A stretch of DNA of 64,000 nt from an uncultured bacterium (GTDB lineage Bacteria; Auribacterota; Erginobacteria; Erginobacterales; Erginobacteraceae): the NCBI GenBank assembly GCA_963822585.1, contig CAWGIE010000031.1, positions 192,001 through 256,000 of the forward strand. Direction: 5' to 3'. Positions 50,041 to 58,796 of the stretch are shown one piece after another. The notes beneath the pieces are model-generated. The model made no database searches and was not told where the DNA came from. It worked only from the letters and a program-made list of their open reading frames with translations. Within the stretch, counting starts at the first letter, position 1, and each line of letters opens with the position of its first letter. The position numbers and the translations under genes are program-made.

Positions 50041-52149
50041 ATGAATAGTATCCTCGGGCCCCTATTGCGGCTGATTTTCTACGCGGCCGCCTTCTTGTTC
50101 ATCTTACTAGGCCTTTATCTGAAGGGCTTTTTCACCGACGCGCGCTTCCGGAAACAGAGGATCAGAACCGGCATCGGTCTTTTAACGGGAGCGCTCATCA
50201 TTTTTCTGATGGGCGCGGCCACGGGCGCCATGATCTTCCCCTTCAATGGCCCCGTCGGGATTCTCCTCCAGGGCGTTCTCCACGGCGGCAGATTTCTCGC
50301 CGCGTGGATTCCCGACCATCGGGCACCCGGCTCCGCGATCGTTCTGGGATTGATCATCCTCTCCTCGCTGCTCCTCGCCCTGAGCAGAAAAAAGACGAAC
50401 CTCTCCCTCGTGCTCCTTCTTTTCTCTTTCGGGGCGGCCCTGGTCGGAGGGATATCTCTCGGTGAAAGGGCGTTTCCCGAGATATATTTTTTCCTCGGGC
50501 TCGGCTGCCTCTACGCCTGGTTCAGCGGTCTTGTCGACAATCGCCTGCACCCCCCCCCCGGGGGGGGGATCGGGAAGACGACGGGGGCCCTATTGCTGGC
50601 GGCGATCATCCTCCTCGGCTTTATCCTCAGAAGCTACGCCCTGGGAGAGGTATCCTACCGCTTCGACCATTACGAATCCGATTACGGCCGGGAGGCACTG
50701 GCGGTACTTTCCGGCCGTCACAACGTCGGCCTCTGGACCTCCACCATCTGGCGGGGATTGGGACATCTCAACTATTCCCCGATATACGTTTACTGCACGG
50801 CTTTCTTCTTCCAGGTCTTCGGGGCAACCATCCTTTCCCTGAAGATGGTCTCGGTGACCTGGGGGATCATCGCTCTCCTTCTCACCTACGGAATCGTCAG
50901 CACCCTTTTTGGGAGACGGCTGGCCCTGCTGACGGTATTCCTCCTCGCCCTCTCACCGCTCCATAACAACTATAGCCGGATCGGTCTCCTTCTCTCCTCC
51001 ACCCTGACCGTAAGTCTGCTGGTTGTCTTTCTCCTGATACGAGCCGTCACCCGGCAACGTATTCTCTACTACGTTCTGCTCGGGCCCGCGATTACCTTTG
51101 CCGGGTATTTCTACTCCCCGGGCAAATACCCCATCCTCCTCACCGCGGCCCTGATCGCCACCTACAGCCTTTGCAAGCGCGGGTGGTTTATCCGCAACCT
51201 GGGCGGGATCATCCTGATGATCCTGTCGGTTATCCTCCTGATGGCGGCGCTCGATATCCCGGCCTGGGACGTGATGGCGCCCCGCTTCGCGGGGTACGAG
51301 TCGGTCTGGCACCGGACCCGGGACCATACCTTCACTCCGCAGCCCGACTATCGCCGGGCGGTCCCGCTGATCCAGGAAAATCTGGAAAAGCTCATCCAGA
51401 GCTTTTTCCTCGACAGGAACTTCAACTACGATCCCTGGCCCCGGGGAAACCTTTACTTCAACCCCGCCATCCCTCCCCTCTTCCTGCTCGGTGTCGCCTT
51501 CAGCCTGTCCCGAATCAGGCGCCCGAATTACCGGCTGCTGCTCTTCTTCGCCGCGGCCTTCATTATCCCCAATCTTCTTTCCCGGCCCCCGGTCATGGTT
51601 CGAAGAATGATGGTCTCCTGGCCCTTTATCTTCTGTCTGGCGGCCATACCGCTTTCCCAGCTTTTGAAACAAACCGGGGCCCGCTGCCCGAAGGGAGTGA
51701 CCGGCGCGGTTGGCGGGCTCGTCATCGCGCTGCTTCTCGTGATGGGCGCTTATAACTGCCTCATATTTTTTGAGAACCGCCAGCCGGCGGGGCGCTGGGA
51801 GGAAGAGCGGTTTTTCGACGAGTACGCGAAGAGCAAGATGGACAACTACTTCCTCTTTATCGTCCCCGCCAACGATCTGAGCAAGAAAACGATTTCATTT
51901 CTTCTCCATGAAAAGAATAAAACCGGGGCTCCCGGATATCAATTCCTGAACCCGGTCCAGGTCCGGAAATTGAAACGGGAAGATATCGCCCGACGGCTTC
52001 CGGTGGCGGTGATCTGTGCCGCCGGCACGGTTTCCCCCGATGAGCTGGCCCGGCTCCGGGATCAATTCGGGGAAGGCCGGGTCGAGGAGTTCCGCGACAC
52101 TTTCAACCGCCCCCGGGCCTGGACCCTTTTCATCGATTCTTTAAATTAG
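50041..52149 (+). CDS. GT-C (PMT_2/GT39/ArnT-like) glycosyltransferase
   Basis: LRSYAL...YE, SPIYVY, LLALSPLHNNYSRIG, YFYSPG, VRRM; polytopic. Confidence 0.85.
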   Translation: MNSILGPLLRLIFYAAAFLFILLGLYLKGFFTDARFRKQRIRTGIGLLTGALIIFLMGAATGAMIFPFNGPVGILLQGVLHGGRFLAAWIPDHRAPGSAIVLGLIILSSLLLALSRKKTNLSLVLLLFSFGAALVGGISLGERAFPEIYFFLGLGCLYAWFSGLVDNRLHPPPGGGIGKTTGALLLAAIILLGFILRSYALGEVSYRFDHYESDYGREALAVLSGRHNVGLWTSTIWRGLGHLNYSPIYVYCTAFFFQVFGATILSLKMVSVTWGIIALLLTYGIVSTLFGRRLALLTVFLLALSPLHNNYSRIGLLLSSTLTVSLLVVFLLIRAVTRQRILYYVLLGPAITFAGYFYSPGKYPILLTAALIATYSLCKRGWFIRNLGGIILMILSVILLMAALDIPAWDVMAPRFAGYESVWHRTRDHTFTPQPDYRRAVPLIQENLEKLIQSFFLDRNFNYDPWPRGNLYFNPAIPPLFLLGVAFSLSRIRRPNYRLLLFFAAAFIIPNLLSRPPVMVRRMMVSWPFIFCLAAIPLSQLLKQTGARCPKGVTGAVGGLVIALLLVMGAYNCLIFFENRQPAGRWEEERFFDEYAKSKMDNYFLFIVPANDLSKKTISFLLHEKNKTGAPGYQFLNPVQVRKLKREDIARRLPVAVICAAGTVSPDELARLRDQFGEGRVEEFRDTFNRPRAWTLFIDSLN

Positions 52150-52170
52150 CGCCGGAGGCGCTAATTTATT

Positions 52171-54384
52171 ATGGAAACCGTTATCCTGATCATGCTGGCG
52201 GCGGTCCTGGTCGGGGCGGGGATCGGACTTCTCCCCCCCTCGTCGCCCCGAAGAAGGAAAGCATCCGCGATAGCCATTGCCGGTCCGGCAACCCTGATTC
52301 TGAGCGGGGCGGTCTTCCTCATTGCTGAACTCACGGCTCGGGGGAGAGGTGGGGCATTTTCCTTCCTGGCCCTTCCGGTCGAACTGCTTTCCCGGTGGGG
52401 GGAGGCGGTTCTTAACTGTTTTATCCGGCCGCACCCGGGGCTGCGGACCGTGCTCGCGGCCCTCTTCCTGGCCGGGAGCGGTCTCTTCGTCGCCCTCCGG
52501 CGCCGAGAGGCCCTTCCGATCGTTCTTTCCTGGGCGGCGATACTCGCCGGGGTGCTCTCGGTCAGCTTCTGGGGCGAGCGGGAACTGGCCGGGTACTGGA
52601 TTTTCTGCGGGATCGGTATTGTCTGCGGTTTCCTCCCCGCGATCCGAAGCACCCGGAGACGGGATGAGGGTCTCCCGATCGGCCGGAGGATGACGGCGAT
52701 CGTCCTCTGCCTGATCGTCATCTCCGGCTTCATTCTCCGGTTTTACAAGCTGGATCTGATGCCGGCGGCGGTGCTTGATTATGAAGGCACCACCGGGCTC
52801 TCCGGTATCGAAGTCCTGGAGGGGAACCGGGGTTATCATCGGCTTCTCTGGAGTTTTACCGCCCGGCCGATCATGAATACCTACAGCGTTCCCTTCTTCG
52901 CCTTCCCCCTGGCCCTCCTCTTCCGGTGCTTCGGCGTCAGCCTGATCACTCTCCGTTCGTTGGCGGCGTTACTGGGGACCGTGTCGATCGGAGCGATGTA
53001 CGCGCTGGTCCGGGCAAGATACTCCCGGCTTCGCGCGCTCCTCTGCGCTTTCTTCCTGGCCGTCTCGGTCTGGCACGTCACCCTCAGCCGGGTCGGGCTG
53101 CCCCTGGTTCTCACCCCGCTTTACGCTCTTCTTATCGGCTGGTTCCTACTCCGGGCGTTCCGGACCCGGCGCTGGCGCTATTACGTTCTGGCCGGGATCG
53201 CTCTCGGCTGCTACTGGCTCTTTTACATGGTCGGGAAGATCATGCTCCCGGTGACCGCCGTCCTGGTGCTGCAGCAGGCCGTGGTGAAAAAAAGATTCCT
53301 CCGAGAACACTGGATTGGACTGGGTATCCTCTGCCTGACCGTTCTGTTGATCGCCTGTCTCAGCGGCCTGGGACCGGAAAAATGGCTTCTCGGAATAGGC
53401 AAACAGGATAAAAACTTCATCTGGTATCGCACGGGAACCCAGTCGGTGTACACCCCGGAGACGGATTGGGGATGGACCGGTTTCTACCTGCGGGAGAACA
53501 TCAAAAGATCTTTTCACCACCTCTTCTTTGCTTCCCACCACGAATTCCTCCTCCCCAGCAAGCTCCCCCTGATCAGCCCGCTCCTCTTCCCGTTTTGCGT
53601 CATGGGGTTCTTCTGCGCTGTCTTCGGCTGGAAGCGGGATCTGAACTTTTTTTTCATCGCCCTCGCCCTGGCCGCTTTCATCCCCCAGGTGGTCTTCGCC
53701 ACCTTCCAGGACAAGGCCAGTCCCCGGCATCTCATGCTCCTGATACCTTCTTTCTGTTACTTCACCGCGCTCCCTTTCGCGCTTCTCGGCGACGGACTCC
53801 TCCGGCTACGCGGTCGGTCGGGCGCGATCATAGCCGCAACGGCCCTCGGCCCCTTCCTCGCGGCCGTTCTTCTTATCGGGTTTTTCATCACTTTTTTATC
53901 CCCGCACTGGGAATACCGTGTCTGCCGCATGAGGCGGGACTGCGCCGAGTTCATCCTCCGGAACCTCGATCAACACTACTTCTACATCGTCCGCTCCCCG
54001 GATCCTCTCTACCTTCAGAACCGTATCATTGACTTCATCACCTATCCCCGGGTAGAGGCTCTCCATTATCACGTCCCGGATGACTACCCGCGAGAGGGGA
54101 AACAGGGACCCGGGGAAAGAAAAATGTACCACTATGTGCCGACAGACGCACTCCCCCGGCTCTTCGATGGACCGGAGCATGCGGCTGCCGGGGCCGGATT
54201 TATCTTCGAGCAGAAGGAACTAGTCCCCTTATTTGAGGCCCGTTTCGGAAAAGGCTCCGTTCGGGAACGCTGCCGGGAATGCGCGCCCTGGGTGTATTAC
54301 TCTTTTTTTTACCCCGATACGGCGGAAAAGGAAGGAACGGACGCAAGCGCAAAGATGGATGGAGACGAGAACAACAAGGAATAA
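52171..54384 (+). CDS. GT-C (PMT_2/GT39/ArnT-like) glycosyltransferase
   Basis: LRFYKL..P...YEG, FGVSLITLR, FLAVSVWHVTLSRVG, SPRH. Confidence 0.85.
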   Translation: METVILIMLAAVLVGAGIGLLPPSSPRRRKASAIAIAGPATLILSGAVFLIAELTARGRGGAFSFLALPVELLSRWGEAVLNCFIRPHPGLRTVLAALFLAGSGLFVALRRREALPIVLSWAAILAGVLSVSFWGERELAGYWIFCGIGIVCGFLPAIRSTRRRDEGLPIGRRMTAIVLCLIVISGFILRFYKLDLMPAAVLDYEGTTGLSGIEVLEGNRGYHRLLWSFTARPIMNTYSVPFFAFPLALLFRCFGVSLITLRSLAALLGTVSIGAMYALVRARYSRLRALLCAFFLAVSVWHVTLSRVGLPLVLTPLYALLIGWFLLRAFRTRRWRYYVLAGIALGCYWLFYMVGKIMLPVTAVLVLQQAVVKKRFLREHWIGLGILCLTVLLIACLSGLGPEKWLLGIGKQDKNFIWYRTGTQSVYTPETDWGWTGFYLRENIKRSFHHLFFASHHEFLLPSKLPLISPLLFPFCVMGFFCAVFGWKRDLNFFFIALALAAFIPQVVFATFQDKASPRHLMLLIPSFCYFTALPFALLGDGLLRLRGRSGAIIAATALGPFLAAVLLIGFFITFLSPHWEYRVCRMRRDCAEFILRNLDQHYFYIVRSPDPLYLQNRIIDFITYPRVEALHYHVPDDYPREGKQGPGERKMYHYVPTDALPRLFDGPEHAAAGAGFIFEQKELVPLFEARFGKGSVRERCRECAPWVYYSFFYPDTAEKEGTDASAKMDGDENNKE

Positions 54385-54385
54385 A

Positions 54386-55915
54386 TTACTGCGGGCGCTG
54401 TTCTTCGGGCTCCTCTACCGCGGACGGCGAACCGGGGGACGCTTCCACCGGCGCCTCTTTTTTTTCCAGCTGGCCCGACTTCAGATAGAGGGCGCAGGGG
54501 GCAGGGCACTTTTCAAACTCATCTCTCGCCTGCTCGGCCGCAAGAAGGTGATAACGGTCTTTGGCATACCCCAGCCTCTTTGCCTCATATTCAATCCCCT
54601 GGGGCCAACCCAGCTCCGTCCGGAAGAGATCGGTGTACACCGTTGAGACGTGCATCAGCCTAATCAGCTGCGAGCGCTGTTCCCGACATTTCACGAAAAC
54701 GTTATCCGGATCGCCGGCCGCTTTCGCGTACAGCCCGAAATAATTGTCCAGGTTCAGATACCCCGCCGGGAGGATAACCGCCAGGACCAGGACGGCCAGG
54801 ACCGGCGCCTGGAAGCGTCCCATCCACCGGGTGAGTAAATGCAGCAGGTAATTAATGCCAACGGCGGCGAGCAAATAGACGGGAGCCGTGGAGAGAACGG
54901 CGCGCCGGGTTTCGCCGGTGGTCATAATCATGGGGAGCATCACGGCCAGGATCCAGGTGATCAAGAACCGATACTGGTGCCGCTTGAGATGGAGGATCGA
55001 CCAGGCCACGCCGGCCAGGAAACAATACCCGGTGATGACGTCGTAACTCCCGCCCCGTTCGGCGATGATGCTGTGGCTCCAGCCCCAATCCACGAAAAAT
55101 GCCCGGTAGGCCGAGGATACGTTCGACCAGATCTGTGACCACATATGGCCGCTTTTCTCCCCGGCCATGAATCCAAGCGGCACATTCTTGATGAAGTAGG
55201 TGCTCAGACCTCCCCCCTGGAGATACAGCGAAAGAAGAAAGCCGGCGATCATAAGAATAAAATACTGATAATGCGACCGGAAGTAGCCCCGATCGAAGAT
55301 CATCCTCATGATCATGTTAACCGCCACCAGCGGGAAGACGATCCTGACCGGGACATAAAAGTAGGTGGCGAGCCCCATCAGGCCTCCCAGAAGAATATAA
55401 CTCAGCGGATTGTCGGGGCGGTCGATAGCGGCATAGAGATAGAAGCAGACCAGACCGAAGAAGATGGTGGCGCTGACATCGTAGCTAATCCGACTGTAAG
55501 TGAGGGCCCAGGAGGAAGTGGCCAGGAAAAACGCCGCGATCACCCCCACCGTCCGATTGAACATCTTCGCCCCCAGCAGGTAGAGAACCCAGACCGAGAG
55601 AATCCCGTATATCATCGATGCCAATCTAAGGGTCAGATAGCTGTCCCGGTAACCGAACAGCTCCATGAAGTAAACGGTGGGAAAGATGAAGAAGATATTG
55701 TTGTCGGCGGATCCGATACCGGCGGAACAGCCCGCCTGGTTCCGGATCGGCTTCTCCAGTGTCCTCTGGACGATCTCCCGGTCCCCTTGCATGATCTGCA
55801 TCGCCGTCAGCCCGGACAATCCCTCATAGATGGAGAATGAGATCGGATACCGGTTGATCCGGTAAAACATGGTAACCGTTGCCAGGACGACGACCAAAAA
55901 TGCCAGTTTTCTCAT
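54386..55915 (-). CDS. GT-C (PMT_2/GT39/ArnT-like) glycosyltransferase
   Basis: FYRI..YP...YEG, TLRLAS, FLATSSW...YSR, YFYVP.R, TRR. Confidence 0.85.
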   Translation of the reverse strand: MRKLAFLVVVLATVTMFYRINRYPISFSIYEGLSGLTAMQIMQGDREIVQRTLEKPIRNQAGCSAGIGSADNNIFFIFPTVYFMELFGYRDSYLTLRLASMIYGILSVWVLYLLGAKMFNRTVGVIAAFFLATSSWALTYSRISYDVSATIFFGLVCFYLYAAIDRPDNPLSYILLGGLMGLATYFYVPVRIVFPLVAVNMIMRMIFDRGYFRSHYQYFILMIAGFLLSLYLQGGGLSTYFIKNVPLGFMAGEKSGHMWSQIWSNVSSAYRAFFVDWGWSHSIIAERGGSYDVITGYCFLAGVAWSILHLKRHQYRFLITWILAVMLPMIMTTGETRRAVLSTAPVYLLAAVGINYLLHLLTRWMGRFQAPVLAVLVLAVILPAGYLNLDNYFGLYAKAAGDPDNVFVKCREQRSQLIRLMHVSTVYTDLFRTELGWPQGIEYEAKRLGYAKDRYHLLAAEQARDEFEKCPAPCALYLKSGQLEKKEAPVEASPGSPSAVEEPEEQRPQ

Positions 55916-56061
55916 ACAAGTTAGCGCCTCCGGCGCAACTTGTAGTGTAAAGTGTAAGGTGTAATGGGTAAGGAAACTTTTTCCTATGCCTTACACTTCA
56001 CGCTACTGTTTTGAATTTCCGAAAAAGGATAAAAAGGCTTAAATCCAGTCCGATTTAGTAA

Positions 56062-56203
56062 TGGAGCCCCACGCGCATGCGCGTGGTACCATCAATACCC
56101 GCCTTCGCCAAGGCTTCGGCGGGTTATCCGCCCTACTATTCTTTGGCGACATACGCCGTAGCGGGGAGTGCCCATCCATCCACGGGCAAGCCCGTGGTCT
56201 TCT
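56062..56203. mobile_element. Non-autonomous palindromic element (IS200/IS605-type end hairpins) with a nested hairpin
   Basis: Hairpins ccacgcgcatgcgcgtgg and ccacgggcaagcccgtgg at the ends; cccgccttcgccaaggcttcggcggg inside; no ORF. Confidence 0.5.
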
Positions 56204-56277
56204 ATGAAGGCGGATAAATCGTCCAATGATACCAAATACAGCTTTCGCAACCAATATGAAAACGAAACGAGTACTGA

Positions 56278-56307
56278 TTGACAATCAAGGGATGTTGTTA
56301 CTATTAT
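56278..56307 (+). promoter_or_regulatory. Candidate sigma70 promoter for the GT2-radical SAM operon
   Basis: TTGACA-N18-TATTAT ending 9 bp before ATG 56317; no obvious RBS, so possibly leaderless. Confidence 0.4.
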
Positions 56308-56316
56308 TAGCGTAGC

Positions 56317-57177
56317 ATGAAAGGTGTTTCCGTCATCATACCCGCCTATAATGAGGAGGGTGGCATCGGGCAAGTTCTTGCCGATCTCCGGGGGGTCCTC
56401 GAAAAAACCGCCCGGCCCTATGAGATCATCGTGATCGACGATGGATCTTCGGACCGGACCGGGGAGATCGTCCGTCAAACGACCGCCACCCTGTTAACGC
56501 ATCCCTCTAACCGGGGGTATGGCGCCTCCCTCAAACTCGGCATTGCCCGGGCTCAATATGACCATATCCTGATCCTGGACGCGGACGGGACCTATCCCCA
56601 GGATGCTATCCCGGCCCTGCTGGCGGAGGCGGATCAGTATGACATGGTGGTCGGGGCCCGGACCGGCCGGAAAGTCGCCATCCCCGCCCACCGGCGGTTT
56701 CCCAAGTGGCTGCTGAAAAAGATGGCCGATTATCTGACCGGAATGAAGATCCCCGACCTCAACTCGGGGCTGCGGGTCTTCAAAAAATCGGCCGTGGAGC
56801 GGTTCCTGCCCATCCTCCCGGACGGCTTCTCATTCACTACGACCATCACCGTCGCGCTCTTGTGCAACGACCGCCCGGTCCACTATGTCTCGATCGATTA
56901 CAACAAGCGTACCGGTCGGTCGAAGTTCCGGCCATTCCAGGACACGCTTAACCTCATCAGCCTGATCCTGCGGACCAGCCTCTATTTCAACCCGCTGAAG
57001 ATATTTATCCCCTTCGGCTTGGTCCTCTTCGTCCTGGCTGTTTTGGTCTTCTTCTACAGCAAATTCTTCACCCCCCAGGTCATGGATATCACTATCATCG
57101 TTATCATTATGACCGGTGTTCAGATACTGGCTTTGGGGTTGATCGCCGACCTGGTTGACAAGCGTACCGCCCGATGA
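56317..57177 (+). CDS. GT2 polyprenyl-phosphate glycosyltransferase with two C-terminal TMs
   Basis: IPAYNEE, IDDGSSD, NRGYG, LDADGTY, MVVGAR, DLNSGLR. Confidence 0.92.
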   Translation: MKGVSVIIPAYNEEGGIGQVLADLRGVLEKTARPYEIIVIDDGSSDRTGEIVRQTTATLLTHPSNRGYGASLKLGIARAQYDHILILDADGTYPQDAIPALLAEADQYDMVVGARTGRKVAIPAHRRFPKWLLKKMADYLTGMKIPDLNSGLRVFKKSAVERFLPILPDGFSFTTTITVALLCNDRPVHYVSIDYNKRTGRSKFRPFQDTLNLISLILRTSLYFNPLKIFIPFGLVLFVLAVLVFFYSKFFTPQVMDITIIVIIMTGVQILALGLIADLVDKRTAR

Positions 57178-58595
57178 AGGCCCTGCTCATTAACCCCCCC
57201 CGCGAGAATGAACTGGTGGGGAATAACCCGGCCCTGATCGATGAGGCCCGCGGCTACAATCCCCCCCTGGGGCTTCTTTATCTGGCGGGGTACCTGGAGA
57301 AAAATACCTCCCACCAGATCGAAGTGATCGATGCCCAGGTAGAGGAACTCTCCTACCCGGTCCTGAAGGAGCGGATCCGGGAGGCCAGACCGAACCTGGT
57401 CGGACTCACCGCCATGACCTTCACCCTGCTTGATGTTCTGAAGACAGCCCGTCTGGTCCGGGAGATCGATCCCGAGCTGCCGGTAGTGGTCGGGGGAGTG
57501 CATGCCTTCCTTTACCCGGTGGAAACGGTGCGGCTTCCGGAAATAGACTTCGTCCTCAGCGGGGAGGGGGAGGCAAGTTTTGCCTGTCTGCTGAATGAGC
57601 TGGCGGGAAATCGGCGCCTGGAACGTGTCCCGGGGTTAACCTATCTTGAAAACGGAGAGCTGAGACAAAATGGCATTGCGCCCCTCTGCGCCGATTTGGA
57701 CTCACTCCCCTTCCCGGACCGACGGCTGGTCCCCTATGACAAATACAGTTCCGTGATGGCCCGACGGCAGCCGATCACCACCATGTTCACCAGCCGGGGG
57801 TGTCCCTTTCGCTGCTCTTTTTGCGCCCGGCCCCACCTGGGGAAACAATTCCGCTTCCGTTCGGCCGAAAACGTGGTCGACGAGATGGAGGAATGCATCG
57901 AACTCGGGATCCGGGAGTTTCTGGTTTATGACGACACCTTCACGGTCAACCGGGAACGGGCGATCGCGGTCTGTGACGAGATCATCAGCCGCCGACTCGA
58001 TATCGGGTGGGACATCCGGGCGCGGGTCGACTGCGTCGACCGGGAACTGCTGGAGAAGCTGAAAGCCGCCAACTGCGAACGGATCCATTACGGGGTGGAA
58101 GCGGGAACGGAGAAGATCCTCCGGGTTCTCAACAAGGGAATTACACTGGAAAAGGCACGGGAGACGATCTCCCTGACCGGGAAAATGGGGATCGAGACCC
58201 TCGCCTACTTTATGATCGGTTCCCCGACCGAGACCAGGGAGGATATCCTGAGGACAATCGATTTCGCCCTCGAACTAAAGCCGGATTATGTCCATATCAC
58301 CATCCTCTGCCCCTTCCCCGAGACCGCGATCTACGCCCGGGGATTGAGCGAAGGGGTCTTCTCGAGGGACCATTGGCGGGATTTCGCCCGACAGCCGACG
58401 CCCGGTTTCAGTCCGCCCTACTGGAACGAGATCTTATCCGACGGGGAACTGCAGGAACTCTTGCAACTGGCCTACAAAAAATTCTATACTCGGCCCTCCT
58501 ATATAGTCAGGAAGATGTTGCAGGTCAGATCCCTTCGGGAATTAAACACCAAGATGAAAGCGGGACTGAAGATCTTCGGGATGAAAAAAAGATAA
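57174..58595 (+). CDS. Cobalamin-binding radical SAM protein (class B methyltransferase-like)
   Basis: PPLGLLYLA, GGVH, GEGE, TSRGCPFRCSFC, DDTF, GVEAG, FMIGSPTET; ATGA overlap with the GT2 gene. Confidence 0.92.
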   Translation: MKALLINPPRENELVGNNPALIDEARGYNPPLGLLYLAGYLEKNTSHQIEVIDAQVEELSYPVLKERIREARPNLVGLTAMTFTLLDVLKTARLVREIDPELPVVVGGVHAFLYPVETVRLPEIDFVLSGEGEASFACLLNELAGNRRLERVPGLTYLENGELRQNGIAPLCADLDSLPFPDRRLVPYDKYSSVMARRQPITTMFTSRGCPFRCSFCARPHLGKQFRFRSAENVVDEMEECIELGIREFLVYDDTFTVNRERAIAVCDEIISRRLDIGWDIRARVDCVDRELLEKLKAANCERIHYGVEAGTEKILRVLNKGITLEKARETISLTGKMGIETLAYFMIGSPTETREDILRTIDFALELKPDYVHITILCPFPETAIYARGLSEGVFSRDHWRDFARQPTPGFSPPYWNEILSDGELQELLQLAYKKFYTRPSYIVRKMLQVRSLRELNTKMKAGLKIFGMKKR

Positions 58596-58596
58596 C

Positions 58597-58796
58597 TTTG
58601 GAGTGCATTGACCGTGTCAATGCATGTTTTGGAGTGCATTGACCGTGTCAATGCATCGGTATGTCCGATGCAAGCAGAACAATAAAAGCATCGACACGGT
58701 CGATGTACTCCAAAAATAAAAGTGAGCACCGACACGGTCGGCGCACTCCAATAACATAAATGCGCATCGATCTGGTCGATGCACACCAAAAATAAA
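58597..58796. repeat. Cluster of ~6 REP-like hairpin units in both orientations
   Basis: tttggagtgcattgaccgtgtcaatgcat twice (period 31), then gca(t/c)cga..ggtcg..g(c/t)ac(t/a)ccaa units. Confidence 0.8.

Noticed and set aside
58597..58796. Possible CRISPR array
   Set aside because: No unique spacers of regular length; units are degenerate and change orientation
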